Shown in pieces: positions 1 to 8,937 of a stretch of 64,000 nucleotides of DNA. Both the position numbers and the translations under genes were made by a program. The notes below the pieces were generated by a model, which was given only the letters and a program-made list of their open reading frames with translations, had not been told where the DNA came from and made no database searches. Source of the DNA: a virus; the IMG/VR virus record IMGVR_UViG_3300044678_002668, positions 1-64,000 of that record; one strand, written 5' to 3'. Positions within the stretch are counted from its first letter, which is position 1, and each line of letters starts with the position of its first letter.

Positions 1-89
1 GGTGTTAATAATAGCTTACGCCCCATCCTTAATTTTAAAGGTTGAGTGTATTGATTGTTTACAGTGCTTTTAATTCTTCTACTAGCCAT
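1..89 (-). CDS. 5' fragment of next virion-module gene (MASRRIKSTVNNQYTQPLKL...), runs off the window
   Basis: ATG at 89-87 overlaps the TAA of the upstream gene (TAATG), GGAG SD; frame open to position 1. Confidence 0.7.
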   Translation of the reverse strand, partial: MASRRIKSTVNNQYTQPLKLRMGRKLLLT

Positions 90-1177
90 TATTCTCCTAG
101 AGTAATACCAACAGTACCAACTCTAGTCTGACCAGCAGCAGTAATATTTAATTTAACTACATAATGAGTTAAATCTAAAATTGAAGCGGCATTAGTTGGA
201 ACTATTTCATAATAACCATTAACATCTGCTACAAGTCCAGATTGACTGATTCCAATACTATTCCCATCTTTATCATAAATAGTAAAACTAGCTGTTCCTA
301 AGAAAGCATCAATTAACTCACCGTCTCTAGTACACCACAGAGTTCCTTGAAGTTGATTTGATGCGTTAATTGAAAAAATAGCTCTTGGTTCATATTTAGG
401 ACCTGTTTCTGGATAAGTAATTGGTAAATTATAAATAATTTGCATACCATCAACAGGAATTGAAACTTTTACAGTATAAAAAGTATTGTCTAAACTTAAC
501 AAAGAAGGGATAGGAGTAATTTCAAAAAATCCTTCAGAGTCCGCTACAATGCCACTTTCTGTCATTCCTGGAACTAAGTTTCCATTGTTATCGTAAATAA
601 CATAAGTTGCAGAACCTAGTCGTGCAGGATTAGTAATAATGCCATCATTATCATTAACCCAAAAAGTAGCAATTAAATTGTTGTTTGTATTTACAGCAAA
701 AACTCCATTAATTTGAGCGTTTGTAGCTCCAGTAATACCAGGACTTGTTTGATTTAAGCTTACAGTATTATTATCCCTATTTCCAACTGCATCTACAGCA
801 CGTACACCAACATAATACCTAACTCCTGTTTGCAAAAGAGTTCCATTTGCAATGGCAAAAATATCAGCATTTAATTGAGTGGTGACAATGGCTATATTTG
901 CAGTAGAAAAAAGGTTTAAAGAATCGTTTGGTTTAACATACACTTCATATCTAATAGGATTACTTGTATCTGTAGCAGCTAACCAAGAAACTCTTAATTG
1001 ACCCAAAGGTCCCCTAGTTAAAAAATCAATACCAGCAAATACTGGAGGAATTAAATCCACAATACAAGCTTGACTTGTAGCTTGTTTTGAAGTACCAGTA
1101 ACTAACTGGTTTACAAAATCTAAGCCAAGCGTTGTATTTTGTACAATAGTTCCGCCAGATACTAATTGATTTGGCAT
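89..1177 (-). CDS. putative virion/tail protein, FN3-like N-terminal segment and two internal repeats
   Basis: 362 aa beta-rich; 'LRVSW..ATD..YEVY..YYVGVRAVDAVGN' FN3-like; repeated 'LGsAt..IYD.dGN...sGivAD..G.fEI.P'. Confidence 0.6.
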   Translation of the reverse strand: MPNQLVSGGTIVQNTTLGLDFVNQLVTGTSKQATSQACIVDLIPPVFAGIDFLTRGPLGQLRVSWLAATDTSNPIRYEVYVKPNDSLNLFSTANIAIVTTQLNADIFAIANGTLLQTGVRYYVGVRAVDAVGNRDNNTVSLNQTSPGITGATNAQINGVFAVNTNNNLIATFWVNDNDGIITNPARLGSATYVIYDNNGNLVPGMTESGIVADSEGFFEITPIPSLLSLDNTFYTVKVSIPVDGMQIIYNLPITYPETGPKYEPRAIFSINASNQLQGTLWCTRDGELIDAFLGTASFTIYDKDGNSIGISQSGLVADVNGYYEIVPTNAASILDLTHYVVKLNITAAGQTRVGTVGITLGE

Positions 1178-1179
1178 TT

Positions 1180-3522
1180 TTAACTATCCTTTAAAGAAGG
1201 TCGAACATCTGTTCCTGGAGGTGAAGTGAAGGTATAGCGAACAAGAGTTCCCACAGTATTTGGAATAGTTCCTAAAGGTAACCAGCTAATGCCATTATCA
1301 ATGGAGTATTGGAATCTAGTTGGTTGACTTGTAATAGAATCAGATACAAGTTGCGTGCCACTTAAATCAAAAGCTCTAAATGTAAGGGTGGAAGGAATAC
1401 CGCTTACATAAGCTTCTTTTAATCTAAATCCACATCTTGTTGGAGATCCGCTTGAAGAGTCATCGTAAGAGTATTCCCAGTTGTCTGAAAGTTCTTCTTG
1501 TGCTTCATAACCAATAAATAAATCAGAAACTTGAACGTGGCTTGTTCGATCAAAAGAAAAAGTTTTAAAAGAAAGTTTAAATTGAATTTGATCTGCAATA
1601 GGAATTGAAAGTTCTTGGTCCGCATCAAGTTCTGTCCAACCTCCTGAAATTGAACCAAACCCGCTTGTACGGTACTCAACCTTAACTTCACCGCCCGTTT
1701 TAACAAGTTCTCGCATGACCTGAACATCTTTTAAAATGCTATTATCAGGTAGATTAACTACTTTTGAAACAATGTAACTAACGTCAGCTAAAGTATCTGA
1801 ACGAAGATCCGCTGCAAAAACTCCTCTCTGTCCCGTAGCGCCTGACACAGCAAAAAGCCATCCTGAAGCATTTGTAAAGTTTAAATAAGGAAGTGATGGG
1901 CGAAGCTCATAAGATTCTTTGCTGGAAGCTTCAAGCCACTCCATGCAATAGTCTCCAAAAAGAGCTGTGATTTTATTATTTTCAACTTTTTTCAATAGGA
2001 ATCTAAAAGCATTCGTTGCAGCCTGACCAACAAGTACAATCGCTTGATCCAGAGAATCGGACCAACTTGCTGAGATAGTAACAGGGGCTACGATTTGCGA
2101 CGGTGTTCCAAGAAGATTTGATGTTGTAAGCGAAGGCCAAGTGGTTGTTCCTGAAGTAAGTTCATCAAGTCGGCCTAAATAAAGGTTTGTTGTGGTCGCA
2201 AAGAACGCGCACTTTTGACCATTCAAAAGACTGCCGTTCAAAGGGGCATTTACAGGATTTGCAATTGCATCAACGTCTGTTGTTGCAAGCAGGGTTCCGG
2301 CAATCGCTGGCAAGATGCTTGTTTGGTGAAGCCATTGGGAATTAGTGTAACCAAAAGCCTTTCCAAGTTCGCCCGTTCCGATGATTGAAGTGTTATTGAT
2401 TCCAGCACCACCGGCTGTAGCTGATAATTCAAAGTCATTTGCTGTTAAATTTCTTACAAAGTAAGTCGTATTAAGCGCAAAACCTGTGGGCATAACGCCT
2501 GACAAGAATTGAACTGGCTCGTTCTCAGTCAAACCATGCGCTGTGATTTGAACCTTTGCAGGCGAGGCCACGGTGATTTGTGCTGATTGTGTTGAATACG
2601 TAGGAGCAACTGAAATATCCCGAACAAAGTATTGTGGGTTAGCCGCAGTTCCGACATGGGTATAAAGGCGGTTTCCAGCAACATCAATAATCGCACCGAA
2701 AGCATCAAGCTCTTGGTTTAGCGGCTGCATTACGACGGAAGTCGGTCCAGCCGCAGCACCAATCGAAGCGCCGTTGAAAGTCGCCGACAATTCAAAGTCA
2801 TTCGCCGAAGCGTTTCGCACAAAGTATTTTGTGTTGACTACAAAAGTTGAAGCGGTCCACGCTGGACCAACTTGAGAAGTGAAATACACTTGATCGTTGT
2901 TTTGAAACCCGTGTCCAACAAAGTTGAATTTCACAGGAGTTCCAAGTGTAACGGTCATGCTTCGAGAATTTAAAGAAGCAAGACGGCCTAACTGATAAAC
3001 GGCTTTCTGATTGCTTCCTGTTGCAAAAGGAATTGTTGGAGGGGAAACTTGAGTGAAGTCGCTTCGAGCAATGTTGTTTGCCAGCAAGACTCCAGAGCCG
3101 CCAAGCAAAACGGTTCCGGTAGCAATCGCATAAATTTTCCAGCCAGATGTGCCAGTATCTAAAACCTTTAATGATCTGATTGTATGTACAATGGCAGGAG
3201 AAGCTGGGACAGCCATGTTGACACGACCAACATAAGTGTGAACACCTGTTGATTGATTAATTTCGTAGCAAAGAATTGGAAGAGCACCACCGGCAATTGT
3301 GCCAAGAACAAAAATTCGTCCATTATCACTTGCAAACATAATAGCGGTTGGAGTAACAGCTCCTACAGTATCTGAGAACACGTCAAGAAAGCGTGTTGGA
3401 CTTGGTCCTAAAACTGGCTTAGCGTCAATAGTTCTTTGTGTAACTCGACCAGCAAGAGTTGTTCGCGTTTGGTCGTAAGATGTCCCTACGCTATTTAATA
3501 AATTTAAATCTAAAAGTTTCAT
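1180..3522 (-). CDS. putative tail fibre / receptor-binding virion protein
   Basis: 780 aa T/S/G-rich; two 'HG....V.F...NT.YFVRN..ANDFELSAT' (E1-FCCH-like) repeats. Confidence 0.6.
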   Translation of the reverse strand: MKLLDLNLLNSVGTSYDQTRTTLAGRVTQRTIDAKPVLGPSPTRFLDVFSDTVGAVTPTAIMFASDNGRIFVLGTIAGGALPILCYEINQSTGVHTYVGRVNMAVPASPAIVHTIRSLKVLDTGTSGWKIYAIATGTVLLGGSGVLLANNIARSDFTQVSPPTIPFATGSNQKAVYQLGRLASLNSRSMTVTLGTPVKFNFVGHGFQNNDQVYFTSQVGPAWTASTFVVNTKYFVRNASANDFELSATFNGASIGAAAGPTSVVMQPLNQELDAFGAIIDVAGNRLYTHVGTAANPQYFVRDISVAPTYSTQSAQITVASPAKVQITAHGLTENEPVQFLSGVMPTGFALNTTYFVRNLTANDFELSATAGGAGINNTSIIGTGELGKAFGYTNSQWLHQTSILPAIAGTLLATTDVDAIANPVNAPLNGSLLNGQKCAFFATTTNLYLGRLDELTSGTTTWPSLTTSNLLGTPSQIVAPVTISASWSDSLDQAIVLVGQAATNAFRFLLKKVENNKITALFGDYCMEWLEASSKESYELRPSLPYLNFTNASGWLFAVSGATGQRGVFAADLRSDTLADVSYIVSKVVNLPDNSILKDVQVMRELVKTGGEVKVEYRTSGFGSISGGWTELDADQELSIPIADQIQFKLSFKTFSFDRTSHVQVSDLFIGYEAQEELSDNWEYSYDDSSSGSPTRCGFRLKEAYVSGIPSTLTFRAFDLSGTQLVSDSITSQPTRFQYSIDNGISWLPLGTIPNTVGTLVRYTFTSPPGTDVRPSLKDS

Positions 3523-3532
3523 TTATATCTCC

Positions 3533-4417
3533 TTAAACTATCGACCAAATACTGTTTGTTCTTTTGTATTTATTTCCATCTAAAACGTAATTAAAATCTC
3601 GTCTAATAATGCTTCCAGAAAAAGTTGCGCTTGTATAATCCACTCTAGTAATTCTTTGATTTTTAGTTCCAAAATCTGCATAAGTATATGTTTCTGTTCT
3701 ATCTTTTGAAGCCAAAACTTGTAATTTACGATTGTTAACAAAAGTTCTTTCTATTCCAGAGGGAGTACCATCCTCTGTACCAGAAATAATAAGAGGCTCA
3801 GCAACACTTACAGATCCAGTAATGGATACTGGAAGAGGGTTTATAAACTTAGTATCTAAAGAAGTTAACAAACTTTCCATTGAAGTTAAAGTGGAATTAG
3901 CTACCTGAAGTTCTGTTATTTGGCTGTCTTGTTTAGCTTCTGTAGCGGCTCCAGTTGGCAAAGGTAAAGATAGGGCTGTAATGGATATCGGAGAAGTAAG
4001 TTTACCATCAATGCTATTTAATATGGTAATTTGACTATCTTGTTTACTTTCTGTCGCTGCATTAGAAGCTAAAGGTAAAACAGTATTAATTAAATTTACA
4101 TCTAAGCCAGATTTAAGTCCCACTGTAGTGCCAGTAAATAGGATTGTGCCGTCTCCTAACCGAATACTATCATCTGTATGGTCAATAGTTAAAGCTAAAC
4201 TACCACCTGCAATATAAACGTCTAGAGCGTTTTTAGGACCTACAGGAGTTAAAGTATTTAATAAAACTCCGTCTCCAAGCCTAATACTATCCGTAGAGGC
4301 ATCTAAATCAACACTAATAGATCCAATAGATATCGTAGCTAAAACTTTTAACGATTCCGTAGGAGGATCGTAAACCTGTTTTATAACGTTACCAAAATCT
4401 AAATCTTTTGTAGCCAT
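3533..4417 (-). CDS. putative virion structural protein with internal repeats
   Basis: 294 aa; duplicated DSIRLGDG and AATE[SA]KQDSQIT segments. Confidence 0.55.
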   Translation of the reverse strand: MATKDLDFGNVIKQVYDPPTESLKVLATISIGSISVDLDASTDSIRLGDGVLLNTLTPVGPKNALDVYIAGGSLALTIDHTDDSIRLGDGTILFTGTTVGLKSGLDVNLINTVLPLASNAATESKQDSQITILNSIDGKLTSPISITALSLPLPTGAATEAKQDSQITELQVANSTLTSMESLLTSLDTKFINPLPVSITGSVSVAEPLIISGTEDGTPSGIERTFVNNRKLQVLASKDRTETYTYADFGTKNQRITRVDYTSATFSGSIIRRDFNYVLDGNKYKRTNSIWSIV

Positions 4418-4422
4418 ACAAT

Positions 4423-4433
4423 ATTATTTGTTA
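4423..4433 (-). promoter_or_regulatory. putative late promoter TAACAAATAAT
   Basis: one of five identical same-strand copies; 5 nt before ATG at 4417. Confidence 0.6.
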
Positions 4434-5206
4434 GTTTTTTTAAGTTCTTGATAATGTTTAAGAATTCTTTGTTCACGTTTTTGAAGGTCTGGATGAGCTT
4501 TGCTAAAATCCTTTTGAAAAGGAGCGTCTGGATTGCCCATATATTGCACAGCGGCCCTAACAGGATCTCCCTGTTGATTTTTAAGAAGCTTATTTATTAA
4601 ATGGTCCACTATAAGTTCTTGAGATGCTTTATCTTTTTCAAGTTTATCTGAAATTTCTTGAGGAGATAGGCCAGAATATCCTTGTTCTTTTAATACTTTA
4701 GCTAAAGGAGTGTTGCCATAACGTTTAAAAATATCCTGTACTACAATGGGTGTAATCCCATAAGTACCCACAGCACGGCTGCCTTTTTGTTCTCCAGACT
4801 CAATGGTGGGATGTCTAGTATTTTTTCCATAATTGCTTTCAGCAAATGCGATAAGATCTCTAGCAAGCTTACGAGCGTCTTTAGAAGCGTATTCAGGAGC
4901 TTTTCTACCCATAGGCATACCCGCTTTTTGCTCTTCTAAAGGCCTTGTAAGGCTTTCTAAAGAGCTAAATCTACGCATTACTGGAGTATCTTGAGTAGGC
5001 ATTTGTGGTAGTTCTAAAGGAAGTACTTTAGGAATGTTCTCCATACTAGAGCTTTCCTCTAGAAGTTGTAAGTTTTCTAAAGGATTTTTATCTGGTACTT
5101 CTATTGGACTAGCTTGTGGAGCTTCTGAAAGTTTTAAAGTGGCAAACTTTCTTTTAAATCGGTTTTCAGGCCGTACTCCAAAAATATCCGCTGGGTCTTT
5201 TTTCAT
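4424..5206 (-). CDS. lysozyme-like / lytic transglycosylase-domain virion protein
   Basis: 'LIAFAESNYG...AVGTYGIT...AAVQY' resembles SLT motifs (ES, GxxQ-like, AxxxY); low-complexity N-terminus. Confidence 0.55.
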   Translation of the reverse strand: MKKDPADIFGVRPENRFKRKFATLKLSEAPQASPIEVPDKNPLENLQLLEESSSMENIPKVLPLELPQMPTQDTPVMRRFSSLESLTRPLEEQKAGMPMGRKAPEYASKDARKLARDLIAFAESNYGKNTRHPTIESGEQKGSRAVGTYGITPIVVQDIFKRYGNTPLAKVLKEQGYSGLSPQEISDKLEKDKASQELIVDHLINKLLKNQQGDPVRAAVQYMGNPDAPFQKDFSKAHPDLQKREQRILKHYQELKKTNK

Positions 5207-5210
5207 CTTA

Positions 5211-8200
5211 TTAACTTCCCAACTGTTTCTTTAAATATTCAATTTCTTTTTCTAAATCAGACATTTGTTTTTTACTTAAACCAGGAATTTTAAGTTCTTC
5301 TATGGCGTTTTCAAGTTGTTTTTGATAGCGAGTACGCATCATTTCTTTTAAACGAGTGGCTTCTTTTTGATCTGCTTCAGAAACTTTAGGCTGTTCTTTT
5401 GGCTTTTCTTCAGCTTTAGGAGCAGGTTTTTTATAGTTTTTTTCTAAATTTTCTGTTTTATTAAGAACTTCTTTTTGTAATTTTTTTTCTTTTAAAGAGT
5501 TTTTTTCTAAATTTTCTTTTGCTTCTTTTAATCTTTTTTCTATTTCTTTAATGTTTTTTTCATATTGAGCTTTTTGTTTATAATTTTTTTGTAAAATTTT
5601 GTTTAAAGCTTTTGTATTTTTTAAATTATTTGACATTTCGTTTAAGTTTTTTGATAAAACAAGGTCTTTTTCGTATTTAATTTCATCTAAAGTTTCTTGT
5701 AAACTTTTTATTTTTTCATTGTTTCCCTTAACAACATCTTTTTGAATAGATAAAGTACTTTGTAATCTTTTTAAAGACTCAGAACTTTCAAAAGGATTTT
5801 CTTCTATAATTTCTTCAAATAAATCTTCTTCTACCTTATTAGGTTTTTTTTCAACTTTAACAGGAGTTTTGGGTAGTTCTTCTTTTTTAAGAGCCTGTAC
5901 AGGTACTTCTTCTTCAGGAGAAATAGTCTTAGTATTCTTCTTAGAATAGCGTCCCTTACCATACATAGTGGCTTTTTCAACATCTCCAGATTGTTTTTTA
6001 ACAATGTTTAGAGCTGCTTTATTTAAAATAGGACCTACATTTGGGTGATTTTTTACTAACTCTTCTTTGCTTATAACCGAAGTTTTTTTCTCAACAAGCC
6101 CTTCTTGAAGAGTTTTAAAAACCTTACTATATCCAGCCATATTGTTTTTTAGCTGATCTACTTCATTTTTGACTTTAGACCAAGTTTTAGGAGCAGTTCT
6201 TAATTGTTTATCAAAAAACTCAATTAAATCCAAAGTGGCTCTAGACAAAGCTTCAGAAGTAAGTTCTAATTGGTTTTTTTGTAAATTGGTAGAAATAAAA
6301 CCCTCAAGAGCTTGAGCATCTTTAGGTTCAAGTTTTGTTGTTTTAGCAATTTCTTTAACTTCATTGTAAAAAGGAGTGTCAAAATATCCTTTTTTACCAG
6401 CTACAGACCTACCCACCATAGTGTTAACAGTATTAGTAAGCTGGTCAAAAGCTTCTTGAGGAAGGCCTTTAGCCCTCATTTTTTCCCCAATTTCAATAAA
6501 AGAGTTATACAGGTCTTGTTTAACGTATTGAATAGCTTCATCACTATCTTGTAAAAAGTCGTCTACAATAGCTTTTTTAACTGCTTTTTTCTTTTCAGGT
6601 AAGGGAAGATCTTTTACTTCTTCTTTAATTTGCTCTTTGGTTTTTTTAACTTTAGGAGCTTTAATAGGAGCTGGTTTAGGAGCTGCCACTGGAGCAGGAG
6701 CTGGAATAGACATAGCTGGAGCAGCAACAGGAGGAGGAACAGGAGCTGAAGGTGGAGCTGTTGCAGGAGGCGTAGCTTTAGCGGTGGCATCTAAAGCAGC
6801 TTGTTCTTGCTTTAACATTTCCTGATAGAGAAGCTCTTGATCTAATTCTTTTTCTGTAGCTTTTTTAGCAGACTCTTGTAGCTTTTTTAAATCAGGAGCT
6901 TTTGTAGAAGCTTTTTTTACACCTTTTAACTCTCCTTGAGCTTTAAGCATTTCTTGATAGAGAAGCTCTTCAGGAACTTCAGCTTTAGCCTCAGCCTTAG
7001 CAACAGCTTGAAGCCCTTCCATATATTTTTTATTTAGCTCTTCTGCATAAGCCAGCTCTTTTAAAGCCTCATCGTCAACTTCTTTAGCAGCTTGTTTTTG
7101 AAGTTGTTCTAAAATAGCTTCTTGCTGTTGTTCAGAAAGCTTAAGAAAGTCTTCCTGTTTTTTTAAAGACTCTGTAAAAGACTTGTCCAAAACCTCTTCG
7201 GCTTGCTTTTTACTTAAAGCAGCCATTTCTTTCTCAATAACATCAATAGAAACAGGAGAATCTAAATCGTCAATAGACCCCTTACCAAGTCCTAAATCCT
7301 CAAACATTTTAAGAGTAGGTAGATCTTGCTCTAAAACAGTATCAGCAAAACCTTTTTCTAAAGGTACGTTTTCTTTAGTAACAGGATTACTAAGAATTTC
7401 TTTAATGGCTTTTTTAGAATCGGCTTGAAGAATTCCTTTTGGATTTTTAAAAACATCACTTAAACTATTAAAAAACTCTTCAAAGAGTTGTTCATTTTTT
7501 CCAATATTTAAATGAGCATCAGGAACTTCAGGTAAGTTTAAAAACCTTTTAGCTTTTTCTAAAATGTAAGGTCGTAAAGAAGCTTCTGGATTTGCATATT
7601 TAGGATTATTAAAAAAGACCTCAGCGGCTTCAATTTCTTTTTTAAGATCCGGTTCAATTTCTTTTAAAAGAATTAGCTCTTCTTTTTGTTTAGTGGAAAG
7701 CTCTTCAGAAACTTTATCAGTTTTAGCTTTTTTTTGAGCTGCGAGCTGTTCGTCTTCTAGCTCTTTTAATTTTTCTTCTACAGTTTTTTTAGAAGTTTTA
7801 GGAGCGGTGGCTGGAGAAGCTTTTGCATCGTATTCTTGAATCTTTTTTGCAAGCTCGTCTTTTTGAGCTTTTAAAGCAATAAGCTCTTCTTTAGTGGCAG
7901 TTTCAACACCCTCATCCAAAGCCTTTAACTTTTGTTTATTAGCAATATAGTCTAAAGCTTCAGGAACTTCTAAGTTCTTTAAGGTGGTAGTTTCAGCGTC
8001 AATTTGATTTTTAATTGCATTTAGACGAGTACGATCTGCTTGTAAAGTAGCAATGACTTCATCAGATTTTTCAGACTTTAACTGAAGATCAATCTTTTTT
8101 AATTGATTTTCAACGTCTTGAGTTTGTTTTAAATTTTCTTTTAAAGCTTTGCTAACTTCCCTAGATTGTTTAAAAGCTTCTTTTTGATTTGCAATAACAC

Positions 8201-8927
8201 CTTTAACGTCAATTTTAGAAAGGTCTTTTGCTTTTTCAACAACTTTTCCAGGAATTTCAGGTACTTTTTTAGCAGTGTCAATTGCTTTTTTTGTAAGTCT
8301 TCCAGCTTGATAGGAAGCTTTAACTAAAGCTGGATCTGTTCTTTTTCCCAGTGTTTGCAATCCTTTACCAGACAATGCACCACCAATCAAATCAGCTCCA
8401 AAAAGTCCTACCTTACCCAAAGTAGAATCCGCTTCAAATTCCGATGAAAGTCCATACGGAACATCTAAAACAGTGCTGTCAATAGCCCCCTCTTTAATAG
8501 CCTTTAAACGCTCTATAGCATCGTAATCCTCTCCAGAAAGAGCTTCTTTTGCTAATACCGCAGCACCAGCATATCCAGCTCCTAACATATTACCAGCACG
8601 CATAGCAGCATCAGCAAGAGTTTTACTTAAAGGAGACTTATTTCCATATAAAGAAAGCTCATCTTTCATTTCATCCGAGCTTACAGAAATACCTGGAAGA
8701 ACGTTTTCTTCTCTTTTAGAACGAGCCGTACCTTGTTGAGAAGCTACATAATCCTGAAGTTTTTGAAGTTCTTGTACAATGCTGCGATGGGCTTGTACTC
8801 GTTCTTCTTGAGATTCAAAGGGTTTAGAAGGCTCTGTTTCTTTTACAGAAACGGGAGCTTTAGTGCCGCTTAAAGACGCGGCAATTTCTTCATCTGTCAT
8901 CGTATCAAAATTTGGATATTTACTCAT
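5211..8927 (-). CDS. large K/E-rich coiled-coil protein, probable internal virion/ejection protein
   Basis: 1238 aa directly after portal; Pro/Ala linker; repeated ELLYQEMLK. Confidence 0.5.
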   Translation of the reverse strand: MSKYPNFDTMTDEEIAASLSGTKAPVSVKETEPSKPFESQEERVQAHRSIVQELQKLQDYVASQQGTARSKREENVLPGISVSSDEMKDELSLYGNKSPLSKTLADAAMRAGNMLGAGYAGAAVLAKEALSGEDYDAIERLKAIKEGAIDSTVLDVPYGLSSEFEADSTLGKVGLFGADLIGGALSGKGLQTLGKRTDPALVKASYQAGRLTKKAIDTAKKVPEIPGKVVEKAKDLSKIDVKGVIANQKEAFKQSREVSKALKENLKQTQDVENQLKKIDLQLKSEKSDEVIATLQADRTRLNAIKNQIDAETTTLKNLEVPEALDYIANKQKLKALDEGVETATKEELIALKAQKDELAKKIQEYDAKASPATAPKTSKKTVEEKLKELEDEQLAAQKKAKTDKVSEELSTKQKEELILLKEIEPDLKKEIEAAEVFFNNPKYANPEASLRPYILEKAKRFLNLPEVPDAHLNIGKNEQLFEEFFNSLSDVFKNPKGILQADSKKAIKEILSNPVTKENVPLEKGFADTVLEQDLPTLKMFEDLGLGKGSIDDLDSPVSIDVIEKEMAALSKKQAEEVLDKSFTESLKKQEDFLKLSEQQQEAILEQLQKQAAKEVDDEALKELAYAEELNKKYMEGLQAVAKAEAKAEVPEELLYQEMLKAQGELKGVKKASTKAPDLKKLQESAKKATEKELDQELLYQEMLKQEQAALDATAKATPPATAPPSAPVPPPVAAPAMSIPAPAPVAAPKPAPIKAPKVKKTKEQIKEEVKDLPLPEKKKAVKKAIVDDFLQDSDEAIQYVKQDLYNSFIEIGEKMRAKGLPQEAFDQLTNTVNTMVGRSVAGKKGYFDTPFYNEVKEIAKTTKLEPKDAQALEGFISTNLQKNQLELTSEALSRATLDLIEFFDKQLRTAPKTWSKVKNEVDQLKNNMAGYSKVFKTLQEGLVEKKTSVISKEELVKNHPNVGPILNKAALNIVKKQSGDVEKATMYGKGRYSKKNTKTISPEEEVPVQALKKEELPKTPVKVEKKPNKVEEDLFEEIIEENPFESSESLKRLQSTLSIQKDVVKGNNEKIKSLQETLDEIKYEKDLVLSKNLNEMSNNLKNTKALNKILQKNYKQKAQYEKNIKEIEKRLKEAKENLEKNSLKEKKLQKEVLNKTENLEKNYKKPAPKAEEKPKEQPKVSEADQKEATRLKEMMRTRYQKQLENAIEELKIPGLSKKQMSDLEKEIEYLKKQLGS

Positions 8928-8937
8928 CTATATTTCC

